Below are positions 38,054-47,844 of a stretch of DNA of 64,000 nucleotides, piece after piece. The position numbers were made by a program, and so were the translations under genes. The DNA lies in the IMG/VR virus record IMGVR_UViG_3300030102_006934, positions 316,344-380,343 of that record; one strand, written 5' to 3'. Numbering within the stretch: the first letter of the stretch is position 1; each line of letters opens with the position of its first letter. Under the pieces are notes generated by a model. That model worked only from the letters and a program-made list of their open reading frames with translations. It ran no database searches and was not told the origin of the DNA.

Positions 38054-38416
38054 ATGTCTTGTGAAGGGGAGCCTTTTTGGGCTAAAAAGAAGAGAGATCA
38101 ATGGGAACAACTAAAGTTTAATTCAGAATTTCTGAAAGAATCTTTAGAAAAAAATGGAGAGTTACATTGTGAGTATTGTGGGAAGGATAATTTAACTATC
38201 TATGAGTGGTGTGAAAAAGTTAATTTTAATGATGTCGCTACTGTAGATCATTTTTACCCTAAATCAAGATATCAGAACTTAAAAAAGGATAAAAATAACT
38301 TAATTGTATCTTGTTATAACTGTAATAATAAGAAAAAAGATTCTGTTTGGGATATAGAAAATATAAAACACCCAATGGACCTTGATAAAATTAAAAAAAT
38401 TAAAAAAATTGTTTAA
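38054..38416 (+). CDS. HNH endonuclease
   Basis: CEYCG, ATVDHFYPKS, NLIVSCYNCNNKK. Confidence 0.85.
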   Translation: MSCEGEPFWAKKKRDQWEQLKFNSEFLKESLEKNGELHCEYCGKDNLTIYEWCEKVNFNDVATVDHFYPKSRYQNLKKDKNNLIVSCYNCNNKKKDSVWDIENIKHPMDLDKIKKIKKIV

Positions 38417-38882
38417 AAAAGGGTTAGATTTTGAGAATTTACTACACAAGTTAAAACCAAGTACTGCAATATTTTCATTAATTTTTTTGATAGTAATAGT
38501 ATTAAGCGAACAACCACTAGAGTCAATATCATCCACATGGGGTACACCTTTACAACCCATGTTTATAATAACTAACGCCTTAACTAGTTACTTTTTCTTT
38601 GAACTTAAAAAGTGGAGGTTAGCCGCTTTATTCCTTTTACTACTAACAGCATTCCCACTAGACACTTTCAAAGAAGTTCACGATATTTCAGCAACATTGT
38701 TTTTTTTATTTTGTATGAGAGGATTATTTTTTATTAAAAAATTTAGATTTTACTTAGTAATTTACATGTTTTCCCCAATAATATGGTTAATTTATAATCT
38801 TTTTTGGTTCGAAGTTTACGCTATTTTTGTTTTATGTCTTTACCATTTAAATTTAATTTATTATATTAGGTTTAAAATATAG
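38382..38882 (+). CDS. Multi-TM membrane protein (start uncertain)
   Basis: Five or more hydrophobic segments. Confidence 0.65.
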   Translation: MIKLKKLKKLFKKGLDFENLLHKLKPSTAIFSLIFLIVIVLSEQPLESISSTWGTPLQPMFIITNALTSYFFFELKKWRLAALFLLLLTAFPLDTFKEVHDISATLFFLFCMRGLFFIKKFRFYLVIYMFSPIIWLIYNLFWFEVYAIFVLCLYHLNLIYYIRFKI

Positions 38883-39180
38883 AAAATGGATGAAATTAAT
38901 CAAAAAAGTATTGGAGATTTAACTGTTTCGGAGGCTATGGTTTTATTAACCCCAATAAGTTTATCCTATGGATTAAGATTAAATAGATTAAAAGAATTTA
39001 AATTAGCTAGATTGATACTAGTTAATTTGTATAGTAGAGAGTTGATTTGATGGGTAGGTTTTTAAATTTTTTGAGGTCTTGGTGGAAAGAACACATTGTA
39101 GACGTTTGCCCACCAGAATTAGAGGACGAAGAGTTTTCTGAAAAATATAGGTAAATAATAAAAATTAAAAATAAAAAAAA

Positions 39181-39555
39181 ATGAGTATTAAAAAACGTTT
39201 TGTTGAAATGATTAAAAATGGTTACCCAGAGTTTAACCAAGAAAGTGACTCTGTTGAAATTGAATTTGAAGGTGGAGGGGATGACTTTGGTTCTTTTCAT
39301 TATATTGACATCTATCCTAATAGAGAGGGTGATGTAGATTTAAATGAAGATGAAAATCGTAATCTTCTTTTGGATATTATTGATGCTGGTAATGTACACT
39401 ATACTTGGATTAACAATGGTACAACTGGTAATATCAAGTATAATGAAGAAGGTGAACAGGAATTATCAGTTTATACTTTAGTTAGTGAAGAACATTACGG
39501 TTATGTTGAAGAGGAGGAAGAAGTTGAAAACACAAATGAAGAAGTAAATGGCTAA
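39181..39555 (+). CDS. Acidic hypothetical protein (DUF6878-like)
   Basis: VEIEFEGGGDD motif; paired with the next gene. Confidence 0.65.
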   Translation: MSIKKRFVEMIKNGYPEFNQESDSVEIEFEGGGDDFGSFHYIDIYPNREGDVDLNEDENRNLLLDIIDAGNVHYTWINNGTTGNIKYNEEGEQELSVYTLVSEEHYGYVEEEEEVENTNEEVNG

Positions 39556-39952
39556 CCCTAGAGTACATTCAAAGTCTTCAGTAAGATTATGGGGTGGTGA
39601 GATAGAAGACTATCTACCACTTCATAATAAAATGGATTGTTCTAAGAAGTATTTTTCAGACAATAGACATCGAACATTAACACACAATATGTTTTTTATT
39701 TTTGAGGTTATGTTGCCTTTATTTGGGGAGTATATAACCAATTCATCTGGTAAAGTTGTGTCAGTTAAAGATATATGTGAATACCATATACTAGAGGATT
39801 ACGGTAAGAAATTTATACCCAACGTATCAGACTTTTTATCTGAGATGGATATTAAACCTTGGATGGCTAATGGCGTTGGTGAGAATCCATATTCCATCAA
39901 GAAAAATGTTTCGGAGGAGAAAAAGGTTTTGAAAAGAATATTAATAGATTAA
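39548..39952 (+). CDS. His-rich conserved protein (DUF6915-like)
   Basis: NPRVHSKSSVRLWGG..EDYLPLH..MDCSK...RHRTLTH. Confidence 0.75.
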   Translation: MANPRVHSKSSVRLWGGEIEDYLPLHNKMDCSKKYFSDNRHRTLTHNMFFIFEVMLPLFGEYITNSSGKVVSVKDICEYHILEDYGKKFIPNVSDFLSEMDIKPWMANGVGENPYSIKKNVSEEKKVLKRILID

Positions 39953-40118
39953 TGTGAAAAATATATTAAAAAAAATAATAATATTCTTTTTAATTAGGAA
40001 TATTGGTAAAAAAAATAGAAGTAAATATGATAGGATTTAAATACGTTTTATTAGTTTTCACACTAACCTTTATATTTATAATTTACTCAGCTAAAAAATG
40101 GTATAAAAAAAGTGGTAA

Positions 40119-40340
40119 ATGAAGTCTTTAGATCTCCATGGTATAAAACACGCCGATGTCTTTAGAAAAGTGGACACATTTGTTGGTGAAAATATTATAC
40201 GGGGGGTTAACGAGGTAGAAATAATAACTGGTTACAGTGTGAAAATGAAATCTTTAGTTAACATAGTTTTAGATGATTATGGGTTAGATTCTGAAGAAGA
40301 TTTTTTAAATAAAGGAAGATTAGTGGTTAAACTAATTTAA
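40119..40340 (+). CDS. Stand-alone Smr-like domain protein
   Basis: LDLHG...VEIITG. Confidence 0.7.
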   Translation: MKSLDLHGIKHADVFRKVDTFVGENIIRGVNEVEIITGYSVKMKSLVNIVLDDYGLDSEEDFLNKGRLVVKLI

Positions 40341-40367
40341 TATAATAACAAAAAAAACAGAAGCAAA

Positions 40368-40673
40368 ATGAAAAAAATGTTTAAACGATTAATTGACTTG
40401 TTTAGGTCAAAAAAAGAAGAAAAGGTTACGGAAAGACCTAAACCAAAAGCTAAACCAAAAGCTAAATCAAAAGCTAAATCAAAAGCTAAACCAAAAGCTA
40501 AATCAAAAGCTAAACCAAAAGCTAAACCAAAAAAAACAAAAGTTAACATCACATCACAAATGAAAAAAGACTTTGTTAAAGATAGGGAAAAGGGTTTAAG
40601 TTTTAAATCTATTGGTGAAAAGTACGGGATACCAACCAGTACTGTAACCTACCATATAAAAAATAATAAATGA
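40368..40673 (+). CDS. Lys/Ala/Pro-rich histone H1-like protein with C-terminal HTH
   Basis: (K-P/S-K-A)n; GLSFKSIGEKYGIPTSTVTYH. Confidence 0.7.
   Translation: MKKMFKRLIDLFRSKKEEKVTERPKPKAKPKAKSKAKSKAKPKAKSKAKPKAKPKKTKVNITSQMKKDFVKDREKGLSFKSIGEKYGIPTSTVTYHIKNNK
40440..40532. repeat. 12-bp coding tandem repeat
   Basis: AAA[C/T]CAAAAGCT x7 plus a partial unit. Confidence 0.9.
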
Positions 40674-40975
40674 GTAAAAAACTCAAAAAGTTAAAACAAG
40701 AATACAGAGATTCTACACCTAAAGAAATTAGAGAAGCTATATTAGAAAATACAGTATATGGTTTTTTAGGTTCGACATTAATAGTTTTTATATCTTCTGG
40801 TGTAGATATTGCTGTATTAATAAGTTACCTAGTTTACTACTTCTTTTTAGGTAAGGTTGTTAATAGACCTAAATATGTAACTTCTTTAGGTAAGTTTATA
40901 TTGTTCCCGGTACCTACATCTTTAGGGGCATTCATAGGATATAAATTCGCTGGTTACATTTCACTAGTAATGTAA
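40670..40975 (+). CDS. Small membrane protein
   Basis: Three hydrophobic segments. Confidence 0.7.
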   Translation: MSKKLKKLKQEYRDSTPKEIREAILENTVYGFLGSTLIVFISSGVDIAVLISYLVYYFFLGKVVNRPKYVTSLGKFILFPVPTSLGAFIGYKFAGYISLVM

Positions 40976-41006
40976 GATCAAAAAAGGGACCTAAGTCCCT
41001 TTCATC

Positions 41007-41804
41007 TTAAAAGAATGAGTGTCTAAACCTTCGTGGTTGTTCTTCTACAGATTCTTCTACTATAGTGTCAATCTCTTGAATGAGGTTCTCACCTACATTA
41101 GGTATGTAACTCATACCACCATCAGATAGTCTGTAGTATTGTTTAACCTTATTTTCACCTCTTCTATTTTTACTAAACTCTAAGTAACGGTTTCCTATCT
41201 CATCATCAAACTTAACATATAACATACCAGTTGTATCAAATTCTATGGAAGAGTCTCCTTTGAAGGTACCAGATTTAGTTGATTGTTGAATAACTATAAA
41301 AGAACTAAAAATATTTTTTTCATTACCACCCTTTTTATGTTTAAACATCAAATCTAAAACCCACCTACTACTTTGTTTAACATTTAAATCAGTGGTCATG
41401 TTAATACGACCAGCAACAACTTCTAAACTATCTAGTAGAACAACATCCCAACCTTGATTAAGTACATCAACCAAAACTTTTTGTGGTTCGTTACAACCAG
41501 CTAAATATAAAGTATTTAAATCTAATAAACCTGGTATCTTTTGTGAAAGTTCGTAGTTGTCAACTTCATCTTGTTCACCAGAGATATATAGAACCCTTTT
41601 AGTTGGGTTATTTGTTTGTAATTTATGAATAGTGTCAATAGACCAAGAGGTTTTCCCACTACCAGCACCACCGACCACAACATAAACACAAGAAGGTAGT
41701 AAACCACCCCTATCAGATATAAAATCATCTAGAATGGTATTTGTTTTTATTGGTACTAAAACTTCTTGTGGAATTTCTAAATTTCTTAATTTGACTATTT
41801 TCAT
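41007..41804 (-). CDS. RadA/Sms-like RecA-fold ATPase
   Basis: GGAGSGKTS, YISGEQ, VLLDSL, FSKNRRG; -7 element at 41827. Confidence 0.8.
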   Translation of the reverse strand: MKIVKLRNLEIPQEVLVPIKTNTILDDFISDRGGLLPSCVYVVVGGAGSGKTSWSIDTIHKLQTNNPTKRVLYISGEQDEVDNYELSQKIPGLLDLNTLYLAGCNEPQKVLVDVLNQGWDVVLLDSLEVVAGRINMTTDLNVKQSSRWVLDLMFKHKKGGNEKNIFSSFIVIQQSTKSGTFKGDSSIEFDTTGMLYVKFDDEIGNRYLEFSKNRRGENKVKQYYRLSDGGMSYIPNVGENLIQEIDTIVEESVEEQPRRFRHSFF

Positions 41805-42060
41805 TTTTACCGTTTTAAATGTTAAACAAATATAAGAAAATTATATGGATAAAAAAAATTATAGTTGATTTTTTTTTAATAAATATTTATCTTTAGTTTT
41901 GTTATGAATTTAGAAAAATACCCAGAAATATTTAAATTACCATTAATAATAACGAAATTAGATTTAGAGATGGAAAAAAGTTATTTAGACTATTACGATG
42001 ATGAGTATTGGGATAATTATAAGAAAAGAAAAATAAAAAACAGAATCAATAAAAATAGTC

Positions 42061-42690
42061 ATGAATAAACTTTATTTTAGGTACGCAACAATGGGAGCAG
42101 GAAAATCATTAGACTTATTAAAGACAGCTCATAATTATGAGGAGAGAAATAAGAGAGTATTTTTACTAACATCAAGTTTAGATGATAGGTTCGGTAAAAA
42201 GAAAATAGCCTCAAGGTTAGGTATTAGTAAGAAGGCAGACACTTTTAATAAAGATACGGACATATACGAATTAATATATCACAAGAACCAAGTCATTAAC
42301 TCCCTGAATCAAAAATCAGTTAATGATAAAAAATTATCTTGTGTACTAATCGATGAATCACAATTTTTAACAAAAGCACAAGTTTGGCAACTAACAGATG
42401 TAGTAGATTATTTAAATATAGATGTTATTTGTTATGGTTTAAGGTCCGATTATCAAGGAGAACCTTTCGAGGGTTCTACATATTTAATGACTTTATCTGA
42501 TGAAATAGAGGAATTAAAGACCATATGTGAGTATGGTGATAAAACTTCAATGAATATGAGGATGTTAGATGGTAAACCAATATTCAGAGGCAGTCAAATA
42601 CACATAGCAGCCGATGACTCATACACCCCAGTTTGTAGGAAACATTTTAAAAAAGAAAGACACAAAAAAACTTTTATCGAAAATGAGTGA
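42061..42690 (+). CDS. tdk: Thymidine kinase
   Basis: YATMGAGKS, LIDESQF, CYGLRSD, LKTIC, YTPVCRKH. Confidence 0.95.
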   Translation: MNKLYFRYATMGAGKSLDLLKTAHNYEERNKRVFLLTSSLDDRFGKKKIASRLGISKKADTFNKDTDIYELIYHKNQVINSLNQKSVNDKKLSCVLIDESQFLTKAQVWQLTDVVDYLNIDVICYGLRSDYQGEPFEGSTYLMTLSDEIEELKTICEYGDKTSMNMRMLDGKPIFRGSQIHIAADDSYTPVCRKHFKKERHKKTFIENE

Positions 42691-42847
42691 AAAGGAAATA
42701 CATAACAAATGGAAAAAAATTCTTAGAGGAATTTCTATTGAAGATGCTATTAGGTGTGAAGGTTACCATGAGGATTTAGAAAATGGATTTTTATCCTATG
42801 AGGAAGTAAGAGAACTTATCTACCAAATATCATTAAAATATAGTTAA
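42683..42847 (+). CDS. Small hypothetical protein
   Basis: ATG 42683 preferred. Confidence 0.55.
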   Translation: MSEKEIHNKWKKILRGISIEDAIRCEGYHEDLENGFLSYEEVRELIYQISLKYS

Positions 42848-42890
42848 AATGGTTATAGTACATTACCACATTGGCTAATATTTATTAAGT

Positions 42891-45800
42891 GTGATGTCAA
42901 TTAAAAAAATTTTAAAAGAGTATAATAATTTCGATTGGATTAATGATATAAATCCTATTTCCCCACATATAGAAAATATTGTGGGTAAAAAACTACGTCA
43001 TCGAGACAATAACTTAGCACATATACCCAACCACAACGATTTAAGTAAAATAAAAGACGGTGGTGTTCTTTTATTAAAACCCAAGATGGATTATTATTTT
43101 GTTGTGGACCGTATAGACCGTATAACAAATGAGGTTATTATTAAAATATTCCCTAAAAGAAAATCTCGCTACAAACAAGAAGAAGTAAGATATTCAATTA
43201 GTGATATGGAGAATTTAATTCGGTTGGGTATATGGGTTCTTGATGATAGTATAGAAGAATCTGATAATACCATAGTAGAAGAAGAGGAAATAGGGCTAGA
43301 CAATGATGAAAATATATCACAAGAAGAAATAGATTATATTAATAAAGAGTATGGTTCTTTAAGGGATAGGGAAAATATAAAAAACACATTGAAGAACCCA
43401 CCTTTTAACTTCAATCCGTCCCAAATAAGAAATGGAAGTATCAACACTTATGTTGTGAGATATATAGTTTCTAAAGAAGGAAATAAAGGTAATAAAGATG
43501 TTTTTGTAAAAGAAAAATTTGAAAATTTTTTGGATAAAGTAAATAGTGTATTGGGCACTAATTACAAAAACTCTAGTGGATATAGGGAATTGACATCATC
43601 AGCAAAACCCAAAAAACAAGGGGCTTTGACTCAACGACAAATATTGGTACACAACTTTAATATGAGTAAGGAAGCAATTGAAAGTTGGTTACAAGTAAAA
43701 CAAAATAACCAAAGAGTTGTTGGACAAAAGAACCTAAGACAGCCAAAAACACAGGAAGAGATAGATACTAACCTTACTAAACTCATAGATTATTTAGCTA
43801 AAACTAAACTTAGTGAAATTATTTTATCATTAGATGGTTTACTAGAAAAGTTTGGGTTAAGTCGTGATGATAAAAGTAAAAATGACGCAATCCCCAAAAA
43901 AGATGAGATTGTTAAACAATTAATTGATGAATTTGAACAGAACTTAAGGGTGAAGTTTTATTTAAATTACATTGGTGGTAATGTTGTAGATCAAAGGTCT
44001 AACTGGGCAACATTTGTGAGGTATTCTAAAGCAATTAAAAAAATTATAGAAAACAGTGAACTACCAAAAGACCTCGGAATAGACTTTAAAAATAGTAAGA
44101 ACTATAAAAGGTTAAAGGATTTATTTGAAAAAATAAAAGAAAAAGAATACTGTTACATTTTTAGTGAAAACTGTGAATTATCCAGTTCTGATATAGAAAA
44201 AGTTATGGACTTTTTCGGTAAAAAATATGAAAATAGTTTTTTAACTAAAGGATTTAAAAAAGATACTAATAGGGGTCTTGAGTCTAGGATTCATAATTTA
44301 GATATGGTGGGGTATAACTTTTCTGAAAAAATAAAATCAAAAGATTTTAATGCGGACGAAATTTATAATTATATAACTAAAAACATTAAAAATTATTTAG
44401 ATAATACAGAAACTATTGTTAAGTATGATTTATTGGCTAAAGGGGAAAGAAAAGACAATAAGGGTAATATTATAATACCCAACGAAGGTAAAGTTGAGGT
44501 AAAGGATATAAACTATTTAGATAGTTACTTATCAGAATTTTTAGCATCTCCAGTCAAAAGAGCGGAATATGGGGTGAAAGATGACCCTAAATATTTAAAA
44601 AGGTATAATGAAGTGGTTGATAGGGTTTATACCTATTTAACAGAAAATTATAAAGAAATCATTATTAGTAAAATTCAAGAAGGTTTAGAAGGTATAATAA
44701 TATCTAATAATATCTATGTCCCTAATAAAAAAAATAACATTAAATTTTATTTATCCGATATTGGTCGAAGTAACCCCAAAAAACAAAGAAGAATTACTGT
44801 TAGATACGAGATTAATGAAAGTAACTGGGAAAATTTTTATATAATAGATGATAATGGTGTGTTACAACCACTAGATGAAGACACCAAAAAAGTGTTAAGA
44901 TATAAAGGTGAAAAAATTTCTGAATCTAACGACATTGATTGGATAAAAGATGCTTATAAAACAGAATGGACTTTTGATGATATCGCACAATTATATTATG
45001 CTGGTGACGTTGAAGCTGTTAAAATTGTTAGGTTTAAAGATTTAAAACACTTAAGGGGAGCTATTGAGTGGTGTCTTGGTGAGGATGCGGAGTTAGATTT
45101 TTTCAATGAATTCAAGGTCGGTAATATACGCCAGATACTTTCTACCAATTTAGACATTGACGGCCAAATATCACACAATAATTTTACAGTGAGTGATTTA
45201 GATTGTGGTTGGTGTCTAGATGACCCAGATTCCATTGGTTATAATTGTAATGAAAGACCTAAAACCATGTCTCTACGGGTTGATGGTCAAATATTCGAAG
45301 ACTCTTTTGCCTTCAGTGAGGATTGGGTTGAGTTAGAACCTATTATGAAATCAGATGAAATAAATGAATCTTCTGAGGGGTTAGAATGGATTAGGGATGT
45401 GGTACCTGACGACAGTGTAAGATTTGATAAAGATAAATTATATTACTTTAACCCACCACTAAACCATGATGAGATAATAAATTTAATGAATAGAATACCC
45501 AATGAAAGTAAGTATACACAAACCAAAAAATGGTTTGATAGGGTTTTTGGGGGTAGAGCACCACAGAGGTATATGACTTATTTTAATGTAGATGGTGGTG
45601 ATCGAAATGATGGTAAATTTTATGTTAGTGGTTGGTGTAGTGAAACTCGTTGGTCTCAGGTTAATGATGAGTATTATCCACACTCTGAACCAGTAAATGG
45701 TAGGGATGAATTTTTTGGACACTATAAAATTTCAGAAGAAAAGGTAAGTGAATCTAAAGACGATTTTGATTGGGCGAGGGACGTTAATCCAAATCCTTTT

Positions 45801-47627
45801 CACGGTACAAACATTAAATTCTATATAAACGCTACACCAACTCAAGAACAAGCTGAAAAGATTTGGGATTTATTAATTGATGCGGGTGTAACTGATTCGG
45901 CTAAAGTTAAAGAATACAACAGGGTGTATAAGTTGATGAGGGGTAGAGGTACATTTATGATGATTGACCACGATGGTGACTTTATGTATAATATTGATAA
46001 CTTATCTGAGTACGTTAGAAATGGAAGAATTAGTTCTGGTAATATTATTAATTTTACAGACATTTTTTCAGATGATGAACCTGATGATTATATAAAAGAA
46101 TCTAAAGATTTTGAATGGTTAGATGATGTACCACTAACTCTTAACCATATTTTTAATGAGTTAAGTATTGGTGATGAGTTAACCCTAAAGGGCAATACTT
46201 ATGGTGCTCATCTAAATATGCAACATTTTAAATACACAGAACCTTTTACAATTACGATACAATCAATCGGACCTAGATTAGAAGATTCTGATTTTAAAAT
46301 ATCAGTTAGAGAAAAGGAAGCTATAGTTAACTTAGGTATAAAACATAAGGGTGAACTACTTAAAAAGTACCCAAAATTTCATGTGTTTTCAAATAATTCG
46401 TTTTTTCCAGAGGATGGCGATTTAGAAGTTGTTTCTTGGGTTAAATCTGAAGATAAATTAGAAGAGTCCTCACAAGATTGGGATTGGGCCGAAACTCCAG
46501 AAGTAATCATAGGGGGTAAAAACGGTTTACCAAAAGAAAGTGTTCCTTTAGGTACTAAAGTGGTGAATTATGATGGTGACATATTCACCATAGAGGATAT
46601 TACTGGAGGGTATATGGATTTCCAACATGTATGGGGTAGTGACCAAAAGACAGCTTGGTTGGGTCCTAAAGATGATGAGGATAATAAAAATTGGCATAAT
46701 ACCTTATGGTTAAGAAAAGCAACTTCTGAAGATTTAAATGAATCTGAAAATGAGTGGGACTGGGCAAAGAATATAGTTACTGATGGTTTAGATCTTAAGT
46801 TTAGTGAAGGGATGTGTTTACTTAGGAAAGACGGTACTCGATGGTTGGTAGTGGATACACCGAAACACGCTTCAAAATCCACAACATTAGTTTGGCTTCA
46901 ACGAACTCACACAAATGGGATAGATATAACTGAAAAAAAGAGGCCAATCTCACCCTTTAGAGAATCAACTCTTTCTAGGCAAATACAAAGTGGTGATATA
47001 ACAATCTGTAATAAACCTTTAAAGGAATCCGATGACTTTGATTGGGTTGATGATATTGATGCTGTAGACCCTAAAAAACCTAAGCCTGGTTATGTTTATA
47101 ATTGGAGTGGTTATAGTGATATAATTGATGATGATGAGGTGCTAACCGATACCATAATTATTACAAAAATAAAGGGTGATGACGAATGGGTTAGTGGGGG
47201 TTTTGAAATTATGTTTGTTCCAGAAGGTACTTCTCCCAATTCCGAAGATGCGGTTCATAAACAAGTTTTTGATAAATTAGTTGATAAGGGTGAAATTCAA
47301 TTTCTTCACAAATTAGATACTGATATGGTTAATGAATCTAAAGATGATTTTGATTGGGTTAGAGATACAATACCTGTTGAACTAGAAGACCCTCAATCTT
47401 GGGTCGGTAGGTCCTTTGGTTATGGTCCTGAAATAGTAGATAACATGGATGGAGCGGAACTAGCAATGGGTGATGATAAGGAATATTATACTATAGATAG
47501 TATTGATGGAAATGGTAATTTAGCTTTAACGAGGCACCACCCCAATAGAAGAAGCATGAGTGATAGTAGTACTTCAGTTATTTCTTTAAGAGATTATATT
47601 AGTAATGGTAGATGGGTATGGGTTTAA
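42891..47627 (+). CDS. 1578-aa modular xE-DFDW polyprotein
   Basis: ATATTTAT at 42878; leader plus 8 internal xE-S..[DE]W linkers. Confidence 0.9.
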   Translation: MMSIKKILKEYNNFDWINDINPISPHIENIVGKKLRHRDNNLAHIPNHNDLSKIKDGGVLLLKPKMDYYFVVDRIDRITNEVIIKIFPKRKSRYKQEEVRYSISDMENLIRLGIWVLDDSIEESDNTIVEEEEIGLDNDENISQEEIDYINKEYGSLRDRENIKNTLKNPPFNFNPSQIRNGSINTYVVRYIVSKEGNKGNKDVFVKEKFENFLDKVNSVLGTNYKNSSGYRELTSSAKPKKQGALTQRQILVHNFNMSKEAIESWLQVKQNNQRVVGQKNLRQPKTQEEIDTNLTKLIDYLAKTKLSEIILSLDGLLEKFGLSRDDKSKNDAIPKKDEIVKQLIDEFEQNLRVKFYLNYIGGNVVDQRSNWATFVRYSKAIKKIIENSELPKDLGIDFKNSKNYKRLKDLFEKIKEKEYCYIFSENCELSSSDIEKVMDFFGKKYENSFLTKGFKKDTNRGLESRIHNLDMVGYNFSEKIKSKDFNADEIYNYITKNIKNYLDNTETIVKYDLLAKGERKDNKGNIIIPNEGKVEVKDINYLDSYLSEFLASPVKRAEYGVKDDPKYLKRYNEVVDRVYTYLTENYKEIIISKIQEGLEGIIISNNIYVPNKKNNIKFYLSDIGRSNPKKQRRITVRYEINESNWENFYIIDDNGVLQPLDEDTKKVLRYKGEKISESNDIDWIKDAYKTEWTFDDIAQLYYAGDVEAVKIVRFKDLKHLRGAIEWCLGEDAELDFFNEFKVGNIRQILSTNLDIDGQISHNNFTVSDLDCGWCLDDPDSIGYNCNERPKTMSLRVDGQIFEDSFAFSEDWVELEPIMKSDEINESSEGLEWIRDVVPDDSVRFDKDKLYYFNPPLNHDEIINLMNRIPNESKYTQTKKWFDRVFGGRAPQRYMTYFNVDGGDRNDGKFYVSGWCSETRWSQVNDEYYPHSEPVNGRDEFFGHYKISEEKVSESKDDFDWARDVNPNPFHGTNIKFYINATPTQEQAEKIWDLLIDAGVTDSAKVKEYNRVYKLMRGRGTFMMIDHDGDFMYNIDNLSEYVRNGRISSGNIINFTDIFSDDEPDDYIKESKDFEWLDDVPLTLNHIFNELSIGDELTLKGNTYGAHLNMQHFKYTEPFTITIQSIGPRLEDSDFKISVREKEAIVNLGIKHKGELLKKYPKFHVFSNNSFFPEDGDLEVVSWVKSEDKLEESSQDWDWAETPEVIIGGKNGLPKESVPLGTKVVNYDGDIFTIEDITGGYMDFQHVWGSDQKTAWLGPKDDEDNKNWHNTLWLRKATSEDLNESENEWDWAKNIVTDGLDLKFSEGMCLLRKDGTRWLVVDTPKHASKSTTLVWLQRTHTNGIDITEKKRPISPFRESTLSRQIQSGDITICNKPLKESDDFDWVDDIDAVDPKKPKPGYVYNWSGYSDIIDDDEVLTDTIIITKIKGDDEWVSGGFEIMFVPEGTSPNSEDAVHKQVFDKLVDKGEIQFLHKLDTDMVNESKDDFDWVRDTIPVELEDPQSWVGRSFGYGPEIVDNMDGAELAMGDDKEYYTIDSIDGNGNLALTRHHPNRRSMSDSSTSVISLRDYISNGRWVWV

Positions 47628-47633
47628 AATAAT

Positions 47634-47843
47634 ATGATGATATTAACAAAAGAAGAGAAATTATTATTAATGGAGACCACACTAGATAATCTTAAATCTG
47701 GTGGTGAAGGTATTTTAATAACAGAAGAAGAATACCAATGGATACTTAATTACTTGGTATCGGATAATGAAAGATATGAAGATTGTGTTATTTTTAGAGA
47801 TAATAAAGATAACATTGTGGGTGACATAGGTAATACTTATTGA
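47634..47843 (+). CDS. Hypothetical protein
   Basis: 69-aa ORF. Confidence 0.6.
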   Translation: MMILTKEEKLLLMETTLDNLKSGGEGILITEEEYQWILNYLVSDNERYEDCVIFRDNKDNIVGDIGNTY

Positions 47844-47844
47844 T

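Noticed and set aside
5821-38416. HNH genes as mobile homing elements or introns
   Set aside because: No interrupted host gene or intron core seen around 5821, 10193 or 38054
40337-40552. Minus-strand LAFG/LAFD repeat membrane protein
   Set aside because: Antisense shadow of the 12-bp KPKA repeat
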